A stretch of DNA of 64,000 nucleotides from Octopus vulgaris (lineage: Eukaryota). The stretch is taken from assembly GCA_951406725.2 (NCBI GenBank), contig OX597830.1:20832001-20896000 (forward strand), given 5' to 3'. Shown piece after piece: positions 29,120-42,760 of the stretch. Under the pieces are notes generated by a model. It was not told where the DNA came from. It searched no databases and worked only from the letters and a program-made list of their open reading frames with translations. Numbering within the stretch: the first letter of the stretch is position 1; every line of letters begins with the position of its first letter. The translations under genes were made by a program, and so were the position numbers.

Positions 29120-29506
29120 TGGATGGAAGCACTCCGTCGGTTACGACGACGAGGGTTCCGGTTGATCCGAATCAACGGAACAGCCTGCTCGTGAAATTAA
29201 CGTGTAAGTGGCTGAGCACTCCACAGACACGTGTACCCTTAACGTAGTTCTCGGGGATATTCAGCGTGACACAGAGAGTGACAAGGCCGGCCCTTTGAAA
29301 TACAGGTACAACAGAAACAGGAAGAAAGAGCGAGAGAAAGTTGTGGTGAAAGAGTACAGCAGGGATCACCACCATCCCCTGCCGGAGCCTCGTGGAGCTT
29401 TAGGTGTTTTCGCTCAATAAACACTCACAACGCCCGGTCTGGGAATCGAAACCGCGATCCTACGACCGCAAGTCCGCTGCCCTAACCACTGGGCCATTGC
29501 GCCTCC
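29120..29506 (-). mobile_element. tRNA-derived SINE, head H1 + tail T2
   Basis: Head ggaggcgcaatggcccagtggttagggcagcgg...gtttcgattcccagacc; tail ...gtcgtaaccgacggagtgcttcca. Confidence 0.9.
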
Positions 29507-29660
29507 AGAAACTTCTAGTAACACATACCGATACGCCAACAACCAGGATATTCACTTGTTAAACACTTAACTCTTTGCTTGTCCTGTGTATGACATGTGA
29601 TACTGAGAATGTATTCCCCTGGCGTCCACGCATATATCATACATACTCCAATTCTTTTTT

Positions 29661-30161
29661 GGAAAGACTTCCGCCCGTCCCCGCGCCCATTTTCGCTCAA
29701 ATTTATTTAGTATTGTAATTTTTTTTTTTTTTGCCAAAAAATACCCGTTTTCGGATACTGAGGTTCCGGAAAATTGCCAAAAATCGGCATTGTGAAATCC
29801 CCCCACCTTCCCCCAACTTCTTCAAATTTGACTTTTTTCCCCCAACACTAACCCTAAAACCCTAACCCTAAAATCTTAACCCTAAAACCATAACAGTAAG
29901 TACAGAAATGTTTTGAAATTTTTGTCTGAATCATGATGTCCGTATTTTTCTGCATATTTAGAAAAAAAAATTCTTTAAAAAAAATTTTATAAAGATTTTT
30001 GTAAGTTTTTTCAGAATCATAATCTTCGTATTTCCCCCCATATTTTGAAAAAAAAAATTGTGAAAAAAGGGTGCGGGATGGGGTGGGGTGGGGTTGTGTC
30101 GAAACGGAACATTTTTTAATAGGGTGGGTTTTCTGGGGTGGGGACGGGCGGAAGTCTTGCC
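29661..30161. mobile_element. MITE with 22-bp TIRs and internal telomere-like (TAACCC) repeats
   Basis: ggaaagacttccgcccgtcccc / ggggacgggcggaagtcttgcc; T-runs on both flanks; taaccctaaaaccctaaccc at about 29849-29895. Confidence 0.75.
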
Positions 30162-30432
30162 TTTTTTTTTTCTCAACAACCATAGTAACTTGTGGCTTAG
30201 GAAAGGAAAGCTTCGAATTACGCTGAATGTACGAAACGAAGGTTGATTAAAAGTTTTAGAACACGCATGCACGTTAGTGCGAAATTTGAAGTTTGAAAAC
30301 AAGCATGGGCGTTTAGGAGAAACATATTTAAATGCTTTGGACAGGGGGAAGCTTTAGACAGAATCACAAAATACAAGATCTCCCCTTTTCACCGAGATAG
30401 TGATATCAACAAGTTCTGATCAATTTCCCCAA

Positions 30433-30478
30433 GACACCTGATGAAGGCAGGAGGGTATATCAGCCGAAACGTTGTGTT
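30433..30478 (+). ncRNA. minimal type I hammerhead ribozyme motif
   Basis: GACAC-CTGATGA-A-GGCAG...CAGCC-GAAA-CG-TT-GTGTT; predicted cleavage after 30473. Confidence 0.7.
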
Positions 30479-30573
30479 AACAACTAACAAGATGAGGACA
30501 AAAATCTGTCGAATATAGATAATGAGGAACTCTGAGTTCTGGAAATCGGAGACTTTCAGTTATTACATATTTC

Positions 30574-30639
<66 letters not shown>

Positions 30640-31014
30640 GTGGAGGCACGTGGCTTAGTGGTTAGGGTGTCAGCATCATGATCATATGCAAATTTAAAAA
30701 TCTTAACGCTTTACTGATAAATACCATTTCTACCGCCATTTTACACTCATCTTGTATTGTGATATTTTTTTACCTATAGCTACACATACGCACGCACACA
30801 CATTCATAGATATACATGAATAAATGTGTGCGTATGTGTGTGTGACTTCGTGTGGCCGCGGCGAGTGTATGTGTGTATGACCAGTGTCTACGCAGCAGAC
30901 GTCCACCAATATTTCGCACGTTTTCACCAACCTGAAGCTAGGAAAGAATTCACTTGCCCCAAGTACTTCACAACGGAATCGAACTATCAAATATTGCTTG
31001 GGGATGTATGTTTA

Positions 31015-31515
31015 GTATCGTTGGTTAATTTTTGGCTCAAAAAGCAAAAAGCAAGGCCATGTAGGGGGACATGGAGTTATGTACAGGGTGGTGTTCATGT
31101 AAAGACTTCAGGCCACTTGAGGTCAAGGGAGACTTTGAACAAAGCGGTCGTCGGCATCTTCACCATCTCGTATGGCAGCTTGTTCCACGGATCCGCAACC
31201 CGGACGGAGAAAGCACCTCTCCTTCGATTGAGATGAAATCGTCGCAGATAGAGCTTTTCAGAGTGACCCCGCAGCCGACGCTCTGGAGCAGGAGAGAAGA
31301 ACAGCTCTTTCGAGAGGTTACACTTTCCGCTTATGATGTTGTGAGCGAGAATGAGATCACCACGGCGGCGGCGTTTTCCTAGAGAATAAAGGTCGAGCGT
31401 CTTCAGCCTTTCTTCATAAGACAAATTCTTGAGACCATGAACCATGCGGGTAGCCAGCTTCTGGACTCTTTCGAGATGCTGTATGTCTTTGAGGAGATAA
31501 GGAGAAGAGGCTTGT
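31015..31515 (-). mobile_element. CR1-type LINE 3' end (ORF2 C-terminus + 3' UTR)
   Basis: GLKNLSYEERLKTLDLYSLGKRRRRGDLI...RGH...FSVRVADPWNKLP is the classic CR1 ORF2 C-terminus; a second copy lies at 52412. Confidence 0.9.
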
Positions 31516-31792
31516 TTAAGATGTATGTTTAAGTATTGTTGGATATTCTTGCGATATCAGATCGAATTCTCTCTATCCTCTGGTAAGACAACACAACAAT
31601 GTTTCACTCTTACCATAAGCTGCAAGGCGAAAATTTGATGACAAGATGGAGGGTGGGATTAGTAACGGGATTAAATCCAAAACTTGATGGGCATTTCGTT
31701 TTATCGATCCTCTGCAAACTGAAAGATGAAATTCACCACGACTAAGACCCTCGACTGGTAAGGCCAAGAACGCGAACAAGGACTGGTACTAT

Positions 31793-31858
31793 AAAGCATT
31801 TTGACTGGTAGTGCAAAGCATTTTGACTGGTAGTGCAGAGCATTTTGACTGGTACTCT
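31793..31858. repeat. 22-bp tandem repeat x3 (aaagcattttgactggtagtgc)
   Basis: Directly visible. Confidence 0.9.
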
Positions 31859-32018
31859 GATGAGTCCGTCAAGCCGTTACATTAATAACTCCGATAATGA
31901 CAAAATTATGGCAATAATAATCGCTACGAGGAACGGTAGTACTATTAGCGGTGTCTGTCCATGACAAGCAGAGAGTGACATAATCGTTCTCCACGCGATC
32001 ATTCGCTAAAAAACAATT

Positions 32019-32019
<1 letters not shown>

Positions 32020-32090
<71 letters not shown>

Positions 32091-32459
32091 ATATATATAT
32101 GGATGTATATATATATGTATATATGTATATGAATTTATATATATATATGTGTGTATATATATATGTTTATATACATATATACGTATGTATATATATGTAT
32201 TTTTATGTGTGTATATATATATGTATGTATATATATGTTTATATACATATATATGTATGTATATATATATGTTTATATACATATATATGTATGTATATAT
32301 ATGTTTATATATGTATACATGTGTGTGTATGTATATGTATGTATTTACATATATGTATATATATATATATATGTATTTACATATATATATATGTATTTAT
32401 ATATATATATACATATGTATATATATGTATATATATGTTTATATATAGTTATGAATACG

Positions 32460-32492
<33 letters not shown>

Positions 32493-32932
32493 CGATACAT
32501 ATATATATATGCATATACATATGTATATATATATATTTATGAATACATATATATATATATATATATGCATATGTATACATATATATATCTATTTATATAT
32601 GCATGTATATATATGTATATATATGTATGTATATGTATGTATATATGTATATGTATGTATATATGTATACGTATATGTATGTATATATGTATACGTATAC
32701 GTATATATGTATATGTATGTATATATGTATACATATATATGTATATGTATGTATATATGTATATATATATATGTATATATGTATACATATATATGTATAT
32801 GTATGTATAGGTATATCTTTTATGTATATGTATCTCAATATTTATGTATTTATATATGATTATATATCTATATATATGTACGTATTTCTATATATATGTA
32901 TGTGTATGTATAATTATATATATGTATGCATA

Positions 32933-32963
<31 letters not shown>

Positions 32964-33029
32964 ATATATATGTATGTATGTATATGTATGCATATATATG
33001 TATGTCTATATCTATATGTATGTATATAT

Positions 33030-33069
<40 letters not shown>

Positions 33070-33274
33070 GTATGTACATATACCTATATGTATGTATATA
33101 TATATGTATGTATATATCTATATGTATGTATATATATGTATATATTATATATATATATACAATTATATGTTACATTACTCGATAGTCAATGTAACATATA
33201 ATTGTATAGATAAATTTCCTCTATTTACATAATATTGAGGTCTCTTTCTTTCTTTTGTTATCTTACCGTTTTAT

Positions 33275-33360
<86 letters not shown>

Positions 33361-33385
33361 GTATATATATATATATATATATATG
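32020..33385. repeat. large degenerate (TA)n/(TATG)n field
   Basis: Directly visible. Confidence 0.95.
33156..33277 (+). mobile_element. short fold-back (21-bp perfect arms) plus unique tail, in (TA)n
   Basis: tatacaattatatgttacatt-actcgatagtc-aatgtaacatataattgtata, then a 70-nt tail. Confidence 0.6.
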
Positions 33386-35968
33386 TTGCAAAGCCGAGGT
33401 ATACCACGTTCACATTTGACTTGTTGAGCAGCTGCTTTAGCACCCGGTCATAATCCCGCAAAGATCTGTGTCAGGCAGCTTCTACCTGGTCAAATTCGAT
33501 GCCGGGTGTCAGCCACCAAGTCATTCTCTTCAAGGAATACAATTTATTTCCTTCGGATCATTCGTTCCATGACTTTGGTGACGTGTGAGGTCAGAGTGAT
33601 AGGCCTATATTTTATAGCCTCTGCTCTGCTTCCTCCTTTATAGATAGGGCATATCATTCCCCTCTTTAGTTTGTCCAGGAGCTTGCCATTTCCGAGGAAG
33701 CTCTGAAAAAGTAGCTGCAATAGTTTTACAAGGAATTGTTTGCATGACTTGGGGATTGCTGGGAATCCATCAGGGCCAGGAGCTGAGTTTGAGTGTATAT
33801 CATTGCTAGCAGTATATTCTTTTCTTTGATGTTGATGTAATCAATTGTTACTGTCTCCCGTTCAGCTTCTGTAGCGGTAAAGAATTCTACAGGCTTGCTA
33901 ACTTGCTTGTGCCGTAGGTAGGAGCACTCCGTCGGTTACGACGATGACGGTTCCAGCTGATACGATCAACGGAACAGCTTGCTCGTGAAATTAACGTGCA
34001 AGTGACTGAGCAATCCACAGACACGTGTACCCCTAATGTAGTTCTCGGGGAAATTCAGCGTGTCACAGAGTGGGACCAGGCCGGCCCCTTGAAATACAAG
34101 CACAACTCATTTTTGCCAGCTGAGTGGACTAGAGCAACGTGAAATAAAGTCTCTTGCTGACGAACACAACGCATCGCCGCCTGGAATTGAACTCACGACC
34201 TTACAATCGTGAGCCGAATGCCCTAACCACTAAGCCACGCGACTTCACGGCATGTGCCATAGGGGTGGGGTAAAGACACTTTTGAACTGCTCATTCAATG
34301 TTTGACTGGATTTCCCGTGAGGGAACCTTCGTTTTGGAGGGGCAGCCCTACCCAGCATTACACAGAGGCAGTTTCCTTGGCGTACCTAAAAAAGGCTTTA
34401 GGGTCTGATTTTATATTTCTTGTGACCGAGGCTTCTCTTTCTGATTTTCCTTCTCATGGGAGTGCTTCAGCTGTCTCTTAATCTCCAGTAGTGCTGTTTC
34501 CAGGTGGGGTTCCTCGCTGCCGTCGAGTTTTCTTTTGAGACGGTTTGCAATCTTTGTACTCCATCTCATAAGAACTTTCCTCTCCCTGGGAAATTCGTTT
34601 TTATATGCAGTGGCCATTCACTCCGGGACAAAGTTGTAGCATATGGCTTGCATCAGGGACATGAAAATTTTCAGTTTCATGTCTATGTCAGGTGTAGAGG
34701 GACATTGGCACCAGTCCTGTTTGGTGATCTCTTTTTCGGTCTGTTTTGTGGTAATTCAGATTGGATAGGTTTTGGGTGCTTCTCATAGGCTTCCTGTCTG
34801 TGGGTTCCTTTAGTCCATACATGGTCATCTCTGTTATGATGTGATCCGAGATTAGCGTCGGTGTCACTTTTACATTATGGATGAGATCCACATTGTTTGT
34901 GAAGCAGAGATCAAGTATATTGTTTACCCTGGTTGGTTGGAGTATCATTTGCCCCATGTATAATTTGTTGGTGAGGTTGAGCAAGGATTCCACCTGACAT
35001 TGCTCACATCACGTCGTTCTTGAGAGGGAAAAGCCTTCGTTCCATTTCACAGAAGGCAGGTTGAAGTCTCCCATCGGAAGTACACTGAGGTGCTCTTCTA
35101 TTTTAGTTAAGACCGCTTCTATTCTTCCAAGGCAATCTTCGAAAAGGGCCGTGTGATTTGGAGCACCTGGTGGGCTATATGTAGTACATATAACTATAAC
35201 GAGTTGTCTTATATGTACAAATAGCGTGTCACACAATGTGTTTGAGTGTGACAAAAGGATCTGGTGCGTGAGATCTTCACGGATCTACATTACGACTCCA
35301 CTATAGCTCCTGTCTTTTCTATTGCTTCACAATACCACACACTTTGTTATGTGTATTTCTGCATCCGCGATGTCGGGTTTTAAGTGTGTTTCAGTGAGTG
35401 CTATGCACAAGGCTTCATTGCATGTCACTAAGTTTCTCAGAAAGGTAATTTTAGTTCTGTTACTGAGTTGTATTAGTTCTCTTATATTTTCGAAGTATAT
35501 CGGTCTGACATCTGTGCTGATGCTAGAGGACCCACCCTGGATCCATTGGTTGTGGCGGACTTGCATCTTGGTAGGGATGGCTCCGAAGGTTAGCTGTAGC
35601 AAAATCTTTTGAGCCATGCACAAATAAAATTATTGTTCAGCTGCAACCCTTATGATGGCTGCTGGGTAGGGCTGATCTTGGGAGGTAGTGCGCATTACAT
35701 CGGAGTCTTTTAACTTTGATGTAGGTTATGCACGATTTACTTGGGGGCCCTCCATTGATTTTTGCTTCATTTTTACTCCTATCGTCACCCTTCTTTCTCT
35801 TTTTATCTTTATTTCTTAATCCTTTATTCGCTCTTTCGCACTTCAGGGCATTGATAATGGTTGTGGTAGGGCTATTAGTGCTGGTGCTTTCTTCCTAGGC
35901 AGGTCTCTCGATTTTGGTATTTGTTTCAGGTGTGTACTCTTCCGGATCAGAGGGATCAGGGGAACATG
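33385..35968 (-). pseudogene. decayed CR1/L2-group LINE (APE endonuclease + start of RT), 3' portion missing
   Basis: Fragments CIALTETHL, MGDFNLPSVKW, NNILDLCFTN...SDH and VVYLGFA (equivalent to YLDFAKAF); many frameshifts; nested SINE. Confidence 0.85.
33919..34249 (-). mobile_element. tRNA-derived SINE, head H2 + tail T2, inserted in the LINE
   Basis: A box tggcttagtgg, B box gagttcaattcc; TSD gcttgtgccgtagg (33905-33918) / gcatgtgccatagg (34250-34263). Confidence 0.9.
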
Positions 35969-35974
35969 GCATAC

Positions 35975-36005
<31 letters not shown>

Positions 36006-36017
36006 CATGCATATATA

Positions 36018-36053
<36 letters not shown>

Positions 36054-36289
36054 TGTATGTATGTATGTATGTATGTATGTATGTAGGTATGTATGTATGT
36101 GTGTATGTATGAATGTATATGTATGTATGTATGTGTATATATATATATATGTATATCTATATATATGTGCATTTATATATATATGTATATATATATGTAT
36201 ATATGTATGTATATATGTATATATGTATATATACATATACATATCTGTATATATATACATATGTGTATATATATATATATGTGAGCGTA

Positions 36290-36328
<39 letters not shown>

Positions 36329-36524
36329 ATATATATATATATGTATGTTTATATGCATATATATGTATATATAAATATATATATATATATGCATGTATAT
36401 ATATGTAAATATATATATGCATGTATATATGTATATATACGCATGTATATATATATATATGCATGTATATATATATGCATGTATATATGTATGCATATAT
36501 ATATATGCATGTATATATGTATGC

Positions 36525-36562
<38 letters not shown>

Positions 36563-36653
36563 ATATATGCATGTATATATATATACATGTATACATATAG
36601 CATGTATATATGCATGAAAAAACAACAGAAGGACGTGGAACAAGTACTATGCA

Positions 36654-36709
<56 letters not shown>

Positions 36710-36719
36710 ATTATATATA

Positions 36720-36882
36720 GGCGCAGGAGTGGCTGTGTGGTAAGTAGCTTGCTAACCAACCACATGGTTCCGGGTCAGTCCACTGCGTGGCATCTTGGGC
36801 AAGTGTCTTCTGCTATAGCCCCGGACCGACCAATGCCTTGTGAGTGGTTTTGGTAGACGGAAACTGAAAGAAGCCTGTCGTA

Positions 36883-36947
<65 letters not shown>

Positions 36948-37190
36948 ATACATATATATATGTATATGTGTGTACATGTTTGTGTGTCTGTGTTTGTCCC
37001 CTTAGCATTGCTTGACAACCGATGCTGGTGTGTTTACGCCCCCGTCACTTAGCGGTTCGGCAAAAGAGACCGATAGAATAAGTACTGGGCTTACAAAGAA
37101 TAAGTCCCGGGGTCGATTTGCTCGACCAAAAGGCGGTGCTCCAGCATGGCCGCAGTCAAATGACTGAAACAAGTAAAAGAGTAAAAGAGT
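36720..37190 (+). mobile_element. SINE family A, full length, young subfamily
   Basis: Nearly identical to 54083-54496 outside the internal microsatellite. Confidence 0.92.
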
Positions 37191-37301
37191 ATGTATATAT
37201 ATATATATATATGCATATATATATATTTATATATGTATATATATGCATATATATATATTTATATATGTATATATATGCATATATATATATATTTATATAT
37301 G

Positions 37302-37346
<45 letters not shown>

Positions 37347-37407
37347 TATTTATATATGCACATGTATATATGTAAGTGTGTGTATAGACATATTTGTATG
37401 TATATAT

Positions 37408-40110
37408 ATAACTTAGAAATAACTTAGAAAGGTTTTGGCCAGTATTGGCCCAGGCCATGTCTAACTTAATAGCACCACCTGGCGAAGTCTTTCAATTCAG
37501 GATTTGGGCACCGAGGCCCATTCGAGCAGAGAGTTATTGTTTGCGGAGACATATCCGGGTGTGGGTGGTTTGTCCGGGACTGTTTGAAGGAATCTGTCCA
37601 AAGTCTTCTTGAATTTTGTATGGTCAGTTTCTGTTTTGACGTGTCCTGGTGTAATGTTGAAGAGAGCGGGTCCAATTGAGGTGAAATAATTGTGCCGTAT
37701 TGTCGTTATGTGATGCGATTTAAATTTTTGTTGTGGATGGATGGCACGTGGTCCAAGCCTTGGATGTATTTTGAAGGTGATGCCAACATCATTCGGACAG
37801 TGCTGATGGAATATTTTCCACATCATACAGATAATGTAGCGTTCACGGCGTCGTTGGAGTGAATACAGTTTCAGCTTCTCTAGTCTACCCCAGTAGTCAT
37901 GGTCTGACATGCCATCTATCTTTTTTGTGATTGACTTTTGGGGAGCTTCAATTCTCATAATATTTTGTTTTGTGTAGGGAGACCACAGTGGACAGCAGTA
38001 TTCAAGGTGGGGTCGGGCAAAAGTGGAGAAGAGAAGGATAATAGTGTGAGAATCTCTCGACTGGAAGGTTCTGAGAATCCAGGAACACATTCTGTGGGCC
38101 ATGTCAACTTTGCTGCTTATATGTGTAGCCCAGCTTATGTTGTTGTCCACTGTTACTCTCAAGTCTCTGTTGTTGTTGGACGCCATGAGAATTTCCCCAG
38201 AAGGAAGGGAGAATGGGAGTTTCAGAGCGTCCTCCCTTCCAAAGTGGATCAGTTCGAATTTGTCTTCGTTTAGCAACATGTGGTTCTTTTCCGCCCATTG
38301 GACAACAGCCAGTAGGTCTGACTGAAGGCTTATTCGGTCATCCACGCCATTGATGACCTTCTGGAGCTTGGAATCATCAGCGAAGGTTCTGATGTTACTG
38401 TGTTTGATGGTGTCAGTAATATCATTTATGTAGATGATGAAGAGAAGTGGGCCCAACACAGTGCCTTGTGGGACACCACTGCTGACTTTGGCTGGGCTGG
38501 ATTTGACTCCGACTACAACATGTTGAGTTCTGTTAGACAGGAAGCACTTGATCCACTGCAGCAGCTTTCCAGTGACACCAATATTGGACAGATTTTTCAA
38601 AAGGATCTTATGATCAACCCTGTCAAAGGCCTTGCTGAAATCAAGGTAGATGACATCAGTGTTGGAACCCTCTCCCAAGGCTCTCAAAATGTCATCAAAA
38701 TGATGCAGTAGCTGCGTCAGGCAATCTCTTCCATTACGGAATCCATGCTGGTTGGAGTTCAGCATATTATGATTCTCAAGGAAGTGAGTCATACGCGATC
38801 ACAGCACTCTCTCAAATACCTTAATGATATGAGAGGTGAGTGAGATTGGACGGTAATTCACGGCAAGCGATTTGTTTCCTTTTTTGAAAACTGGGACAAC
38901 AGACTGGGATAGAAGGTCTTCTGGTATATATCCAGCATCCAGTGAGTTCCGCCACAGATTGGCTAGAGGGGGTGCAAGTTGGTTTTGACACATCTTCAAG
39001 ACACAAGCAGGGAACCTATCGGGACCTACTGCTTAATTATGCTTCATTTCCTTTAAGCGCCAAAGGTTATGTCCGATAAAGTGTATTGGGGAGTAACATC
39101 ACTGATACAGCCCAGATCAGTCATATCAGGATTGCTGAAAACAGAGCAATATTGTTTCTGCAATATTTCTCCCATGGTTTTGGCATTGTCTTGAAGAGTA
39201 CCATTTTCATCAATCAGAAGGCCAACAGTAGAACCAGTGACTCTGTGTTTTTTTGCAAATGAAAAGAACACTTTGGGATTGAGTTTGATCTTCTCAATGG
39301 CCCAGGCCTCTTCAGCTCTTCGCTGACTATTGATGATAGACATCATGTTGTTTTGGAGTTTATGTTTTTTAATCTCTAGCGACGAGATGGCAGTCAGGTT
39401 GGTGTGTTGCTGTTGACAGTATTTCAGCTTGTTGATTTTTTTTGTTAATTCTTTTAATTTTCCTAATGAGAGATTTTCTATTTCTAGGGATTCGTCACTT
39501 AGATTTGTTTGCAGATCTTAATGGGGTGTGTTTAGCACATATGTTCGTAATGGTGTCTACAAATGACTGCCAGGACTTTTTGATGTTAGTGGGTGTGTAT
39601 GTGTGCGTGAAGGACCAATCGACTTGTGCAAGATCATTATTGATCGCTTCCCAGTTTGCATTGTGGAAATCCATAGTGTCAAATGGATGAACAGGAGAGA
39701 TGACATTTGTTTTGCATTTTGGCCAGTGAAATCTCAGATCACAGAGAACCATGTCATGATCAGAGAGTAGGGTTTTCTCCACTGCAATATTGTGGATAGT
39801 ATCAGTGCGATTGCTGAAAATTAAGTCTAAGACGTTTTTATGACATCTCGTTGGTTCGAGCACCAGTTGGGACAGGAAGAAATCATCCATGAAGTCAAGA
39901 AGCGATTCCACTGCCTCCCTGTCAGGGGTTGAGAGAGAAGAACCTGGCGGCAGACTGTTTGTAGACCAGTCAACCCCGGGAAGGTTGAAGTCTCCCATCA
40001 TTAAAATGTTGTCAGGTTGACACTGCTGAATGAAACACTTTATGTTGTTGAGGCATTCCTTGAAGCATGGTAGGGGCGTTTGGGGTGGTCTGTAGAGCCC
40101 AACTACTGTT
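37408..40110 (-). mobile_element. 5'-truncated CR1/L2-group LINE, ORF2 pseudogene
   Basis: APE motifs GDFNLP, LDLIFSN, SDH; GPD; NYRPISLTS; short 3' UTR ending in (ttctaagttat)x2; in-frame TGA at 38799-38801 and upstream shifts. Confidence 0.93.
37497..38792 (-). pseudogene. reverse transcriptase domain and C-terminus of LINE ORF2 (431-aa open segment)
   Basis: QHGFR, YLDFSKAFDRVDH, GVPQGTVLGPLLFIIYINDI, FADD, LEYCCPLWSP, LKLYSLQRRRER. Confidence 0.93.
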
Positions 40111-40249
40111 ATATATATAAGATTAATCAGCCGAAATTGCGAGGATGATCCGGTTCTTGACTGAAGATTGAAGGCTTCGAATGTCCCCTCCGTGTTTTTT
40201 GTATCGTCTTCTAAATGTTATGCGTTCTTGTCCCAGTTTGTATTTTTTT

Positions 40250-40319
<70 letters not shown>

Positions 40320-40471
40320 TATCAACACACACACACACACACATACGGATGCACAACTATTTAATAATATTGGAGGTGCTATACTGTATTCACAAGTTGG
40401 CGACGGTGGTAGCAGATGTTGGTGGTGTGGGCGTGACTAGGAAAACCCTTTTCGTCACACACTCACATAGC

Positions 40472-40533
<62 letters not shown>

Positions 40534-40755
40534 AATATACGTATATATTTATAAATATGTATATATATATATATGTGTGTGTGCATATAAATATGTGCAT
40601 ATATATGTACATGTATACATGCGTATATATGTATATATATGTGTGTATATGTATATATATATATATGCATATATATGTATATATATATATATATGTATAT
40701 ATATGTTTATATATAGATATATATATATATGTATATATATATGTATATGTATGTA

Positions 40756-40877
<122 letters not shown>

Positions 40878-41641
40878 ATATATATAAACACAGATACAAT
40901 GTTCAGAATACATGAATTTTTGTATCCGGGCCTGTGATGTGTTGACGTGATAAGGGAGGTAAACAGACATCCACCATCATCACCACTACCACCACCACCA
41001 CCACCCACACAACCACTGGCACCATCTCAACCGCCACCGCTACCACCCCCATCGCCACCACCACCACCGCCACCACCACCACCACTACTGACGACACAGC
41101 ATCAGCAATGGCAACGACACGATCGTGCGTTCGTAAGGGTTTCTATGGGATTGCTTGTGTGTGTGTGTATGTGTGTGTGTTTTTGTTACTGAGGAATTCT
41201 GTCACTGTTCGCGCGTGTGTGTGTGTATGTGTGTGTGTGTGTGTGTTGTGACGTGTCAAGGTGAGCAATGTTTGTATGTATGTGTGTGTGTATTTGTGTG
41301 TGTGTGTGTCAACAGTGCTTTTTCTTCTCCTTTTCAGCATCCGTCCCGCCTACAGTATAAAACGGCAGCATCGGAAAACTTTACAGCAGCTGTCGTCACC
41401 ATGACAACGACGACCTGTCAGGATGTTGCTGGTCGTGATGGCGATGGTGGTGGTGGTGGTGGTGGTAGAACTACGATGGTGGTGGTGGTGGTGGTGGTGA
41501 TAGTGTAGGTAGAGTGGAGGTGACGAAGTTCATGGCGGTGGCGGCGACGTTTCCTGGAGGTAATCGCGGCGGTGATGGTGGAGGCAATAGTTACTGTTGG
41601 TGGTGGAGGAAATGACGTTTCTGGAGATGATGATGATGATA

Positions 41642-41686
<45 letters not shown>

Positions 41687-41894
41687 GTAGTGCTGCTGCT
41701 GCTGCTGCTGTTTTTTGAAGTTGGGGTGGGGGGGAGGGCATCTACTGAAGTGCTGATGGCCAATGAAGGTGGTTGACAGCGGAGTGTTGTATGTCATAAG
41801 ATTGTGGTGGAGGCGAAAGCCAGAGAAGGTGAGGAGGCGACACTGAACATTTTTTGTCACATATGTGTGTGCGTTATACATACATACATATGTA

Positions 41895-41926
<32 letters not shown>

Positions 41927-42432
41927 GACACAAATGCATATATATATATAGACACAGGTTCGTTTTTATCAGCAAAGTTGTAGTTATAGTCTATACATAA
42001 TTGACACGTATTACATGCATGCACACACGAATATACATGCTGGAGTGAAATACATCCGTGTAGACATACAGACATTCATTTCCATATATACATACGCTAA
42101 ACATACATACATACATACATACATACATACATACATACATACATACACATACACACACATACGTATATATCTTATTGTAGTACATATGCATATACATGTG
42201 TGTGTGACTATACATATATACATATATGTGTGTGTGTGTATTTATATACATGCATATATCTATATACATGTATATATATATAAATATATATATATATATA
42301 CATGTATGTATACATATATATATATATACATTTATATATATATACATATATATATACATTTATATATATACATACATATATATACATTTATATATATACA
42401 AACACACACATATATATACATTTATATATAAA

Positions 42433-42480
<48 letters not shown>

Positions 42481-42532
42481 ATATATATATATACACATAC
42501 ACATACACATATATATGTACACATACATATAT

Positions 42533-42578
<46 letters not shown>

Positions 42579-42652
42579 TATGTGTATATATACATATATA
42601 TCCATATACATGTATATATTCATATACGTAGGTATATATTCATATACGCATG

Positions 42653-42760
<108 letters not shown>

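Noticed and set aside
29849-29895. True telomere or chromosome fusion site
   Set aside because: The repeats are short, degenerate and enclosed by TIRs.
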